Below, in pieces: positions 1 through 9,090 of a DNA stretch of 35,431 bases. A program made the translations under genes and the position numbers. The notes below the pieces were generated by a model. The model made no database searches. It was not told the origin of the DNA and worked only from the letters and a program-made list of their open reading frames with translations. The DNA is from an uncultured virus (IMG/VR IMGVR_UViG_3300008111_002316) (taxonomy: Duplodnaviria > Heunggongvirae > Uroviricota > Caudoviricetes). The stretch lies in IMG/VR virus record IMGVR_UViG_3300008111_002316; one strand, 5' to 3'. How positions within the stretch are numbered: position 1 is the first letter of the stretch; each line of letters begins with the position of its first letter.

Positions 1-10
1 TTATTTAGGG

Positions 11-535
11 ATGGATTTAACGGACTTCTATGTAGTAGCGGCTGAATCAGAGCAGAGTGATTCAGTAGATATGAGTAATTATCGAGTATGGCATCGATTA
101 TTTCCAGACTTAGAAGAGTTTAGTTTTGGGGGTTGCATGGAATTTAAAGCTTTAATGATTCATAAAGATTCTTTGCTATTAGAAGCAATAGATGAGAAAA
201 AGAAAAGCTTGGAAGACTACTCAATACTAGATGAACAAGACTTGTCTGACTTAGAATATGAGCAGTGGTATGAGTATTGGTCAAATTGGGGATATATTGA
301 GTGTTTTAAGGAATTGTTAATAGCAATACCTGAGTTAAAAGATGATGAACGAGTAACGAGTCTGGATAATAAGTGTGTATTAACCAGTGATGAGTTAGGT
401 GAGTTAATTGAGGATTTTGCTAACGATTTTGCGAATCTAGACGATTTTAGTATTAGTTTTAATTTTAGCGAGTCTGAGAAGGAATTGCTACTGAAAAGAC
501 TAGAGGACATTTTAAGCCGAACTGAGGAAAACTAA
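11..535 (+). CDS. Hypothetical acidic phage protein
   Basis: 174-aa ORF with AGGG before the ATG and a hairpin downstream; no family recognised. Confidence 0.7.
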   Translation: MDLTDFYVVAAESEQSDSVDMSNYRVWHRLFPDLEEFSFGGCMEFKALMIHKDSLLLEAIDEKKKSLEDYSILDEQDLSDLEYEQWYEYWSNWGYIECFKELLIAIPELKDDERVTSLDNKCVLTSDELGELIEDFANDFANLDDFSISFNFSESEKELLLKRLEDILSRTEEN

Positions 536-542
536 CATAAAC

Positions 543-572
543 AAAAGGGTGAGTTAATGTACTCACCTTTTC
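543..572 (+). terminator. Intrinsic terminator
   Basis: GGTGAGT...ACTCACC stem followed by TTTT and preceded by an A run. Confidence 0.7.
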
Positions 573-749
573 TTGTCTATACCAAACAAGGCAGAAATAT
601 GTAGGAGTTGTGTAATAAAGAATGAATAATGCAGGTATGTGTATCAGGTTTGTATATAAGCAAAACTAATAACAAAGATAAGAAAAAATTATATAAGGTA
701 AAGTTATAGCAAGGGCGGATAGGGATAAGAAAATAAAATACGAAAAGTA

Positions 750-778
750 TTGACACAGGACTGAAAAGATAGCATAAT
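750..778 (+). promoter_or_regulatory. Sigma70-like promoter
   Basis: TTGACA-N17-CATAAT upstream of a GAGG RBS and ORF 811. Confidence 0.75.
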
Positions 779-810
779 GGGTACATAAGCAAACAAAGAG
801 GAAAAAGACA

Positions 811-1242
811 ATGTATAGCACAAAATGGACAGAAATACACTATCTGGGAAAACGAAAAAAAGACGGAAAACTAATATATATAGCCGCCCCGACATGGGAT
901 TGTGATTGGTACTGGTCTTTCGGGTATTTAAGGGCAAAAGGGGAACATTACCACTTGAGCAACTATGGGAATATCAACTGGCAAGAGGCTCTAGAAAGAG
1001 ACTACACTTTAAACGTAAAATTGAGAGGGGATAACCTATGGAAGTTTTACGAACTAGCGAAAACAGCTTATGGATTAAAGGAAGTAGCGGAAATATTAGG
1101 TAGAGGTGGTTCTCATGTAACGGTAAACCCGTTAGCAGAGGTAATCAAAAATAAAGCAGAGGTTGACAGAATCAATCAGATAGTATTACCTCAAATATTT
1201 GATGCAATAAATGAGATGTTCGAGGTAAGAAAAACACCTTGA
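811..1242 (+). CDS. Hypothetical phage protein
   Basis: 143-aa ORF with promoter, RBS and downstream hairpin. Confidence 0.75.
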   Translation: MYSTKWTEIHYLGKRKKDGKLIYIAAPTWDCDWYWSFGYLRAKGEHYHLSNYGNINWQEALERDYTLNVKLRGDNLWKFYELAKTAYGLKEVAEILGRGGSHVTVNPLAEVIKNKAEVDRINQIVLPQIFDAINEMFEVRKTP

Positions 1243-1247
1243 CAAAG

Positions 1248-1282
1248 AAATAGGGTAGCCTAAAAAAAGTTACCCTATTTTT
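1248..1282. terminator. Bidirectional terminator between convergent genes
   Basis: AAATAGGGTAGC...GTTACCCTATTT inverted repeat. Confidence 0.7.
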
Positions 1283-1294
1283 AGATGTAAATTG

Positions 1295-2065
1295 TTAGTT
1301 AGCTACCTTACCATATTTAGGTAAATGACTACGATGTGTTTCAAAGAAACCGGGCAAAACAGCGAAGGAGGTATCTTTAAACTTAGCGTAAGAACCTTGA
1401 TGAAGTAATTGAAAAGACTGGTCAATATAATTTTTAGATTGACCGTATTTACCTTCAATCCCAGAATCATCAAGGTCTGAAACAAGCCACTCGATGGTTT
1501 CCTGTCTAAGGTCATCCAAGTCAGGGGGAATAGAAAGTCCTAACATTTTAGCGATAGTGCCGTTAGTTCTAGCGTGAATTGTCTCGTCCCTGCTAATCTC
1601 TGCGGAAACCATAGCTAACTGAGTACCACCTAAACGGCGGTATAAAGTTAAGACCGGAAAAAAGATAGATTGTTCGGCGACCCAAGTAACTAAAACGGGG
1701 TGATATTTCTCTCCCATTTTTAACCATTTAGAGACTAAAGAACGAGATTCAGACTCAATTTGTAGTTTATCAGTAAGATTAGCTAAAGAGATATTTGAAT
1801 AGGCATAATTTAACTGAGAGTCATGTTTTTTTTCGTCTTTAAAATTAGAGGCTAATAATAAAATACCGTAATCAGATAACCATTTTCTCTCTCGACTAGC
1901 ACACTCTTTAATCCATTGACCAACGGGTAACTCTAAGTGTCGAGCCTCTAATGCTTTTTGGATAGTTTTTTCCGCACCCCGAACACAGTGACCGTTTTGA
2001 ATAGGCATAACTGCCCAATCTCGTTTAGCGTTTAATAGACGTTGAAAAATTAATTGATCAGACAT
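1295..2065 (-). CDS. nrdB: Ribonucleotide reductase class I beta subunit, short cyanophage type (ferritin-like)
   Basis: 256 aa with two ExxH metal motifs (DEKKH, RDETIH), ELPVG and EQSIFF, resembling the short P-SSP7-type beta subunits. Confidence 0.8.
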   Translation of the reverse strand: MSDQLIFQRLLNAKRDWAVMPIQNGHCVRGAEKTIQKALEARHLELPVGQWIKECASRERKWLSDYGILLLASNFKDEKKHDSQLNYAYSNISLANLTDKLQIESESRSLVSKWLKMGEKYHPVLVTWVAEQSIFFPVLTLYRRLGGTQLAMVSAEISRDETIHARTNGTIAKMLGLSIPPDLDDLRQETIEWLVSDLDDSGIEGKYGQSKNYIDQSFQLLHQGSYAKFKDTSFAVLPGFFETHRSHLPKYGKVAN

Positions 2066-2222
2066 AAAGTTTTTACCAGTAAAAAATTTTTCCTTGTATT
2101 AAAGGATTGAGTGAACCCCTTGAAGGAAAGATTACCCCTGCATTATAACACAATAAAAAATTTTTAAAAATAAAAAAATCATGGTAGTATATGCACTAAA
2201 AAGCCAAAAAGTCAAGCGGTTA

Positions 2223-2291
2223 TGTGCCAGTTTATAAACTGTCCCAAAACACCAAAAACCCCTTGACATTACAAGAGATAAGTTACATAAT
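2223..2291 (+). promoter_or_regulatory. Palindromic operator plus sigma70-like promoter
   Basis: TGTGCCAGTTTATAAACTGTCCCA, then TTGACA(2263)-N17-CATAAT(2286). Confidence 0.75.
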
Positions 2292-2324
2292 AGAGACATA
2301 AACAAAAAACAAGAGTACCCAATT

Positions 2325-2753
2325 ATGAAGTTGTACCAAAAGATTGCAAGAGTTTTAAGTCAAAAAAACAAGTCGCTAAATGTGATAGAGAAAGAGTTAA
2401 CTTTGTTGAAAGAGTTATTGCCTAATGGTAATGTAATCGGATTACAACGTCATAACTTATCAACTGTGAGTTGCATTATATCCCTAAAATCAACTCACAA
2501 AAGAATAGTGATAGACACAGCGTATTGGCATCCAATCATAAGACAATGGACAGAGCATCAAGTAGTAATAACACCTAGTTTTGAGGACGAAATAAACATC
2601 CGAATAACTGGTAAAAATGAGGACAACGTTAAGGACTACTTACATGATATTTTTAGTGAGGCATTAATGAAAGAGTATGTAGTTTTTAAAAAGGGCTGGG
2701 ATGTCAAAGATTCATCAGAAATAGAATCTGAACTAGAATCTGAACTAGATTAA
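2325..2753 (+). CDS. Hypothetical phage protein
   Basis: 142-aa ORF after the promoter module; 12-bp tandem duplication at the C-terminus (ESELESELD). Confidence 0.75.
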   Translation: MKLYQKIARVLSQKNKSLNVIEKELTLLKELLPNGNVIGLQRHNLSTVSCIISLKSTHKRIVIDTAYWHPIIRQWTEHQVVITPSFEDEINIRITGKNEDNVKDYLHDIFSEALMKEYVVFKKGWDVKDSSEIESELESELD

Positions 2754-2977
2754 CAGACCAAAAAAGCTAAAGCAGTGGTAAGAATCACTGCTTTAATCTA
2801 AAATAACAATTGCAGGTGTGTGCATGAGGTTAGCACATAATAAAAACTTATTACAAGGATAATCAAAAGTTATATTAGGTAATCTTATGACGATAGGACA
2901 AAATTATAAGCAAAAATAATATTAGATAAACTTATGACAATACCTAAAACAGATAAAAAAAGACAAAACTAAAAGTA

Positions 2978-3006
2978 TTGACATTTTTTGAAAAAGATGA
3001 CATACT
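2978..3006 (+). promoter_or_regulatory. Sigma70-like promoter
   Basis: TTGACA-N17-CATACT; implies the real start of the next ORF is ATG 3039 after GGAG. Confidence 0.7.
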
Positions 3007-3038
3007 ATAAACATAAACGAAAACCGGAGTTACCAACC

Positions 3039-3452
3039 ATGACTACACTAGACACAATGATTTTAGATTATATCGCAATTGGGGCATATTGGGCATTTAA
3101 CGCTACCGTTGTATTCTTTACCGTAATGATGATAATATCGGGTGTTTTGCACGCATTTTGGGGCATTTTAGAGGGGGTGGATAGCCGAATATTTTATCCT
3201 CAAAACTTGCATAATATGGACACGACCGATACACAAATTGATACCCAAATTCCTAATTTAGAAAATCTAGAGGAAGACTTAAATTTAGTGTCTAAAATAG
3301 AGTCAATATCTCAAGTGGCGATTAAACAGGAACTGGTAGAATCAGAAGTGGTATCAATCAGACAATTAAAAGTGATGGCCAGAGAATTAAAAATTAAAGG
3401 TTATGGAAGTATGACAAAACAACAATTGATAGAAAAAATTCAACAGAGTTGA
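3039..3452 (+). CDS. Membrane-anchored protein with C-terminal Rho_N/HeH-like domain
   Basis: Hydrophobic N-terminal segment; C-terminal SIRQLKVMARELKIKGYGSMTKQQLIEKI matches the Rho termination factor N-terminal-like pattern. Confidence 0.65.
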   Translation: MTTLDTMILDYIAIGAYWAFNATVVFFTVMMIISGVLHAFWGILEGVDSRIFYPQNLHNMDTTDTQIDTQIPNLENLEEDLNLVSKIESISQVAIKQELVESEVVSIRQLKVMARELKIKGYGSMTKQQLIEKIQQS

Positions 3453-3471
3453 GAAAAAAGTCAAGGGGCTA

Positions 3472-3541
3472 TGTGCCAGTTTATAAACTGTCCTAAAACA
3501 CCAAAAAACCCCTTGACAATTCAATAGAACAGTGGCATAAT
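3472..3541 (+). promoter_or_regulatory. Palindromic operator plus sigma70-like promoter
   Basis: Near copy of the 2223 module; TTGACA(3513)-N17-CATAAT(3536). Confidence 0.75.
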
Positions 3542-3574
3542 AGACACATAAGCAAAAAATAGGAGTCACCAATT

Positions 3575-3922
3575 ATGTTTGTAAGATTAAGCTATCACAA
3601 TATCGACGACCTCTTTATTTTGTTTGATGCTGGGGTTATTGACTTAAAAACTAAGTCTCAGGTATCCCTATCAGAAATAGAAGACTATGATAATTTTGGA
3701 TGGTTAGAGTTAACGAGTAAAAATTTAGAGGCAATTTGTGAATATTGTGCAGAGTTAGGTATAGAGTCTAATGGTTCATTAGGTGATTTTCGTTACTGGT
3801 ATTCTGCGGACATGAACTACCATTTAGAGTTAAAAAGTGACCAGTCTGAAAACTTAGAGGTTAAAATTGGAGAAATCAACTTAAAGCTAGAGGGGTTAAA
3901 ATTAATTAAAAACGAAAGCTAA
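3575..3922 (+). CDS. Hypothetical protein, paralog of 4294..4689
   Basis: AGGAG RBS; shares LFDAGVIDL..IEDYDNFGWLELT with the 4294 ORF. Confidence 0.8.
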   Translation: MFVRLSYHNIDDLFILFDAGVIDLKTKSQVSLSEIEDYDNFGWLELTSKNLEAICEYCAELGIESNGSLGDFRYWYSADMNYHLELKSDQSENLEVKIGEINLKLEGLKLIKNES

Positions 3923-3929
3923 CAAAAAA

Positions 3930-3958
3930 AAAGGTTGAGAGCAATAGCTCAACCTTTT
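3930..3958 (+). terminator. Intrinsic terminator
   Basis: AAAGGTTGAG...CTCAACCTTTT. Confidence 0.75.
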
Positions 3959-4190
3959 AATTTGTGTCTAATCGAGTGCAAGGGTAAATTATCATGTTTG
4001 TACCATTTAAAGAATGCGAAAAAAATTGTTTTCACAGTTTAACGGCTTACATAGAATAGCATTGATAGAACTGCTGATTCTTATGTTTCTCTGGGGAGTA
4101 ATCGAGCAGTATAACCATTTCAAAAATGGTGGTACATTAAGAGATAGTGCAAGGGTACAAATTCAGGAAAAATAAGAGAGCCAGAGGGAT

Positions 4191-4259
4191 TGTGACAATT
4201 AAAAAACTGTCACAATCTAATTAAATCTCCTTGACAATTCAATAGAACAGTGGCATAAT
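4191..4259 (+). promoter_or_regulatory. Palindromic operator plus sigma70-like promoter
   Basis: TGTGACA-N10-TGTCACA, then TTGACA(4231)-N17-CATAAT(4254); the -35 to -10 stretch is identical to 3513-3541. Confidence 0.75.
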
Positions 4260-4293
4260 AGAGAAATAAGCCAAAAAGTACAGGGGTTAGACA

Positions 4294-4689
4294 ATGATTA
4301 AAGTAAGATTAAGCTATACACGACGACTTTATTTGTTTGATGCGGGGGTCATTGACTTAAACACTAAGTGTCAGGTATCACTAGATGACATAGAAGACTA
4401 TGATAATTTTGGATGGTTAGAGTTGACGGCGGATAAATTAGAAAATGTTTGTGAGTATTGTTCAAATTTAGGAATAGAATCTAATGTTACATTAAGTGAT
4501 TTTCCTTACTGGGAACTTTCTTACTGGTACTCCTACGACCAAAATTACCGTTTAGATATAAAAAGTGATTCAGGTGAGGACTTAGGTTTAGTTAATAAAA
4601 TATTTGAGATAAACTTAGGACTTTGGAAATCCAAGCTAATCAGAGAAAATAAAAATCTAAAACGGATAAATAGTTCGCTCAATATTTAA
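4294..4689 (+). CDS. Hypothetical protein, paralog of 3575..3922
   Basis: Clear nucleotide and protein similarity to ORF 3575. Confidence 0.8.
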   Translation: MIKVRLSYTRRLYLFDAGVIDLNTKCQVSLDDIEDYDNFGWLELTADKLENVCEYCSNLGIESNVTLSDFPYWELSYWYSYDQNYRLDIKSDSGEDLGLVNKIFEINLGLWKSKLIRENKNLKRINSSLNI

Positions 4690-4831
4690 GTGAGTGTTTA
4701 TTTATAAAGCTACAATGAAAAAGAAATCGTGCGGTAAGAAGATTAAAAAGGTTACTCCAAAGCCGGTTAAACCTTCTAAATAGTCAAGATAAGGACGGTG
4801 TATCCCGTCCTATTTTATTAAAATAAAAGTT

Positions 4832-5032
4832 ATGAATCTAATAAAAAATTGGTTAGTAATAATGTCTTCAGTAGGCTTATTAGGGGTTAGCGTATTGGCT
4901 ATTCAAAACCCTGACAAATTCGGGCGAAACGTTGTAGAAATAACAGCGGTGCTAATAACGTCAGTTATCACCTTAGCCAAACAAAGTGATGAACATCCTA
5001 AACAAAATGATGAACCGCCTAAGAAACCTTAG
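4832..5032 (+). CDS. Small two-TM membrane protein
   Basis: 66 aa, two hydrophobic segments and a charged tail. Confidence 0.55.
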   Translation: MNLIKNWLVIMSSVGLLGVSVLAIQNPDKFGRNVVEITAVLITSVITLAKQSDEHPKQNDEPPKKP

Positions 5033-5249
5033 AGCCTATTCCAAAAGTGCTAGTTTAAGAGGTATCACACCTGCAAAAAAGGTCAAAATATCAAGTCCAA
5101 TTATGCCAGTTTATTAATTGTCACATCTATCACAAAAAAGTCAAAATGTCAAGTAAAATTATGCCAGTTTAGAAAGTGTCACATATAGTATAGAAAGTTC
5201 TAAAAAAGGTGACATAATAGTAATATAAAGAAAAACACAGGAGTTCCAA

Positions 5250-5594
5250 ATGACTAACACGGTAAACGGTGAACTAACTTGGTTCAGAATATTAGGGCAA
5301 GATTGGAATGGTAAGACTCGTACAATGGAGATAGAGTTAGGCAAGTATGACGTAGGGGAATTAGAAAACTTAGGATTAGGATTAGGAGAATCCGAAAAAG
5401 AAGCGAGAGAGGTGATAAATCAATGGTTGAGGGCTATAGGTATTTATGAACCTCATGGCTTTTGGAGTGTTGATTTTAGTTCAGTAACGGATTATGATTG
5501 TCAGATTGAGTTAAGTGATGGACACTATTTAAGTGTAAATTGGGAGGACGATAAAAACTATGCTAAGTATCAAGAGATACTAAGACTTATCTAA
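5250..5594 (+). CDS. Cassette 1: hypothetical protein
   Basis: 114 aa, follows the shared promoter/RBS module (AAGAAAAACACAGGAGTTCC). Confidence 0.8.
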   Translation: MTNTVNGELTWFRILGQDWNGKTRTMEIELGKYDVGELENLGLGLGESEKEAREVINQWLRAIGIYEPHGFWSVDFSSVTDYDCQIELSDGHYLSVNWEDDKNYAKYQEILRLI

Positions 5595-5820
5595 GCTAAA
5601 TGTCAAGTCCAGATGTGCCAGTTTATAAATTGGCACATCTACCACAAAAAAGTAAAAATGTCAATACCGATTGTGCCAGTTTATTAATTGTCACATCTAC
5701 CACAAAAAAGTAAAAATGTCAAGTCAAATTATGCCAGTTTAGAAAGTGTCACAAAGGGTATAGACGTTTCTAAAAAAAGATGGCATAATAGTAATATAAA
5801 GAAAAACACAGGAGTTTCAA

Positions 5821-5964
5821 ATGATTAACCCACTCAGAATCAAATTATCTGCTAAACATATTGTGGCTAAACGGGGTAAAGAAATAGTAGTGATCTATAA
5901 TTTTATGCCCACAAATAATTGGAAAAAAAAAGCTAAATGGTTAAAAAAACTATTGTTTAGCTAA
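5821..5964 (+). CDS. Cassette 2: 47-aa basic protein (not in ORF track)
   Basis: MINPLRIKLSAKHIVAKRGKEIVVIYNFMPTNNWKKKAKWLKKLLFS, directly after the shared promoter/RBS; fills the gap between repeat blocks exactly. Confidence 0.7.
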   Translation: MINPLRIKLSAKHIVAKRGKEIVVIYNFMPTNNWKKKAKWLKKLLFS

Positions 5965-6362
5965 ATGTCTATAGGTAATGTGCCAGTTTATTAATTGGCA
6001 CATCTATCACAAAAGGTAAAAATGTCAATAGGTAATGTGCCAGTTTATAAATTGGCACAATAGGACTTAACAAAGAGTAAAGTCAATGCAGGTGGAAATG
6101 TGCCAGTTCATAAAGTGTCACAGCTACAACAAAAAAGTCAAACTGTCAATAGGAAATGTGCCAGTTTAGAAAGTGTCACAGCTATCATAAAAAGGTCAAA
6201 ATGTCAATAGGTAATGTGCCAGTTTAGTAATTGGCACATCTACCACAAAAAGTAAAAATGTCAATAGGTAATGTGCCAGTTTAGAAAGTGTCACATAGGG
6301 TATAGACATTTCTAAAAAAAGATGACATAATAGTAATATAAAGAAAAACACAGGAGTTCCAA

Positions 6363-6611
6363 ATGATTTACGACATCCCCCTGTTTGAAGTTGAATCCTC
6401 TGTCTTAATGTTTGTAGGTTATGAGCCAATTAGCGAAACATTAAGAATAGTATTTAAATCTGGAAGTGAGTACAAATATACAGGAGTACCAATTCAGGTG
6501 TATCAAAATCTCTGTAATGCAGAATCTATAGGACGAGAGTTCAATCGTACTATTCGTAACAAATACGATTGTACTCTAGTACAAGAGTTAAAAGTAGCAA
6601 GAAAAGCGTAA
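6363..6611 (+). CDS. Cassette 3: KTSC domain protein
   Basis: SS..VGY....TL.IVFKSGSEYKY.GVP..VYQ.L..AES.G..FN..IR..Y is the KTSC pattern. Confidence 0.9.
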   Translation: MIYDIPLFEVESSVLMFVGYEPISETLRIVFKSGSEYKYTGVPIQVYQNLCNAESIGREFNRTIRNKYDCTLVQELKVARKA

Positions 6612-6895
6612 ATGTCAATAGGTAATGTGCCAGTTTATTAATTGGCACAGCTACCACAAAAAAGTAAAAATGTCAAGTCCAATTATGCCAGTTTAGAAAG
6701 TGTCACAATAGGACTTGACAGAGAGTAAAGTCAATGCAGGTGAAAATGTACCAGTTCATAAAGTGTCATAGCTACCACAAAAAAGTCAAAATGTCAAGTC
6801 CAATTATGCCAGTTTAGAAAGTGTCACATACGGTATAGACAAATCTAAAAAAAGATGACATTATAGTTATATAGAGAAAAACACAGGAGTTCCAT

Positions 6896-7051
6896 ATGAA
6901 AACTATCGACCTAATAATTTCAGTATTATTTTCAGTATTAATTATCGGACTTTTATTTATGGCTACGATACCTAACCAGAAAAAAGTAGAATGTGAAGTT
7001 GAAAATCAAAGTCCTGCAACGGTACGCAAAGAATACTTATACATGAGATAA
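6896..7051 (+). CDS. Cassette 4: 51-aa single-TM protein (not in ORF track)
   Basis: MKTIDLIISVLFSVLIIGLLFMATIPNQKKVECEVENQSPATVRKEYLYMR after the shared promoter/RBS. Confidence 0.7.
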   Translation: MKTIDLIISVLFSVLIIGLLFMATIPNQKKVECEVENQSPATVRKEYLYMR

Positions 7052-7229
7052 AAAAGTCAAAATGTCAATAGGTAATGTGCCAGTTTAGTAATTGGCACAG
7101 CTACAACAAAAAAGTCAAAATGTCAATAGGAAATGTGCCAGTTTAGAAAGTGTCACATATGGCATAGACAAATCTAAAAAAAGATGACATAATAGTAATA
7201 TAAAGAAAAACAAAGGAGTTCCACAATCT

Positions 7230-7584
7230 ATGACTAACACAATTGTGAGAACACACCCCCTGGAGAAACCATTTCCGACATCTTGAAAGAGAGAGGAATA
7301 CCCTTACGAATATTTGCTAATCGGATGGAAATGTCAAGAAAGGAAGCCTTTCGACTGCTGGCAAGTGAAACTGAGATTACAGGTCGTATTGCTTGCAAAT
7401 TGCAGTATGCTTTCGGCTTACCTACTGCTCATTTTTGGAAAGAGCGTGAAAGACTTTACCGAGAATCTCTAGCAAATCAAAACAATGTAATGCAGAATCT
7501 AGGGAACAATAGTTCAATCGTACTATCCGAAACAGATACGACTGTACAGTAGTACAAGTGCTAAAAGTAACAAAAAAAGCGTAA
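7230..7584 (+). pseudogene. Cassette 5: frameshifted HigA/XRE-family HTH joined to a KTSC 3' remnant
   Basis: ATG 7230 (MTNTIVRTHP) shifts frame at a C-run into PGETISDILKERG..FANRM..EIT..IA.KL..FG..AHFW..RE.LYRESLA. About 7486-7584 is a diverged copy of the KTSC gene 3' end. Confidence 0.75.
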
Positions 7585-7810
7585 ATGTCAAGTCCAGATG
7601 TGCCAGTTTATTAATTGGCACAATAGGACTTAACAAAAAGCAAAGTTTATGCAGGAAGTAATGAACCAGTTTAAAAAGAGTCACATCTACCACAAAAAGG
7701 TCAAAATGTCAAGTCAAATTATGCCAGTTTAGAAAGTGTCACATACGGTATAGACAATTCTAAAAGAAGATGATATAATAGTAATATAAAGAAAAACAAA
7801 GGAGTTCCGC

Positions 7811-8566
7811 ATGAGTTACGACACCTTCCTGATTGAAGTTAAATCCTCTGACTTATTAGCTGTCGGTTATGAACAGCTATTAAAAAACATGGCTAGTAAT
7901 TTTCAAGATAAACTACCGGTAGTTATCTCAATTGGTGCTAAAGATGCGGGAAAAACCTTTAATTATATTCAGCTATCTCGCCTACAGTCTTGGGGAAATT
8001 TTTTAAATAAAGTTGATCCTAAAAATCAAGAAAATTCCGGAGAAAATCTGGGTTTAATATTTCCTTTACTCCAATCACAAAATTTAAATGATAAGTCCAA
8101 AAATATTCTTGAACAAGCACGGCTAAATGTAAATAATACACTCAATCATAATTGTCAATTTTCCATATCGGATTTTAAAGACAGAATAACGCAGTCTCTA
8201 TCTAATCAAGATTGGAACGAGGTAGATTGGGCAAAATTTTGGGTCAAAGAATTTTCGAGAGTTTTAGGGTATAATCAGGAAAATTATCAACTAAATAAAC
8301 TGCATGAATACCTTAAACAAAAAAACTCGAAGATTATATTTTTAATTGATGGATTAGAAGATGCTTTTCCTAATGTCGCCAATGATAACGATAACCTTCA
8401 ACGAAAAGCCTTGAAAGCTTTGATCGATCATTTACCGAATAAATTAACAGAAATTAAGCAATCTAATCTAGGATTGATTGTCTTTCTGCGTCGAGATTTC
8501 TTGAGATATACAATCACACAAAACTCAGCACAATTTGAAAACTTATATCGTGAATACCGTTTTTAG
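7811..8566 (+). CDS. Cassette 6: KTSC N-terminus fused to a P-loop NTPase fragment
   Basis: MSYDTFLIEVKSSDLLAVGYE aligns with KTSC MIYDIPLFEVESSVLMFVGYE; then Walker A GAKDAGKT and Walker B IIFLIDGLED; appears C-terminally truncated. Confidence 0.75.
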   Translation: MSYDTFLIEVKSSDLLAVGYEQLLKNMASNFQDKLPVVISIGAKDAGKTFNYIQLSRLQSWGNFLNKVDPKNQENSGENLGLIFPLLQSQNLNDKSKNILEQARLNVNNTLNHNCQFSISDFKDRITQSLSNQDWNEVDWAKFWVKEFSRVLGYNQENYQLNKLHEYLKQKNSKIIFLIDGLEDAFPNVANDNDNLQRKALKALIDHLPNKLTEIKQSNLGLIVFLRRDFLRYTITQNSAQFENLYREYRF

Positions 8567-8928
8567 TGAAGACGGCAAACTACTAAAGAGTCAATAGGAA
8601 ATGTGCCAGTTTAGTAATTGGCACATCTACCACAAAAAGTAAAAATGTCAATAGGTAATGTGCCAGTTTATAAAGTGTCACATCTACCACAAAAAAGTAA
8701 AAATGTCAATAGGAAATGTGCCAGTTCATAAAGTGTCACATCTACCACAAAAAAGTAAAAATGTCAATAGGAAATGTGCCAGTTCATAAAGTGTCACAGC
8801 TACAACAAAAAAGTAAAAATGTCAATAGGTAATGTGCCAGTTTAGAAAGTGTCACATATGGCATAGACAAATCTAAAAAAAGATGACATAATAGTAATAT
8901 AAAGAAAAACAAAGGAGTTCCACAATCT

Positions 8929-9090
8929 ATGACTAACACAATTGAGGAAGCCTTTCGACTGCTGGCAAGTGAAACCGAGATTACTGATAGTATTGCTTGC
9001 AAATTGGAGAATGCTTTCGGTTTACCTAATGCTCATTTTTGGATATTGAGTGAAGAGCTTTACCGAGAATCTCTAGCAAGAAAAGCGTAA
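8929..9090 (+). CDS. Cassette 7: 53-aa internally deleted HigA-like ORF ending in the KTSC terminal codons
   Basis: MTNTIEEAFRLLASETEITDSIACKLENAFGLPNAHFWILSEELYRESLARKA; the last 17 nt TAGCAAGAAAAGCGTAA equal the KTSC gene end. Confidence 0.7.
   Translation: MTNTIEEAFRLLASETEITDSIACKLENAFGLPNAHFWILSEELYRESLARKA

Noticed and set aside
4715..4783. 22-aa basic ORF MKKKSCGKKIKKVTPKPVKPSK before a hairpin
   Set aside because: Plausible but too short and without a clear RBS to support as a feature.
5159..9002. - strand ORFs 5159..5344, 6196..6429 and 8784..9002
   Set aside because: They are antisense translations of the repeat and promoter modules (shared VTLSKLA).
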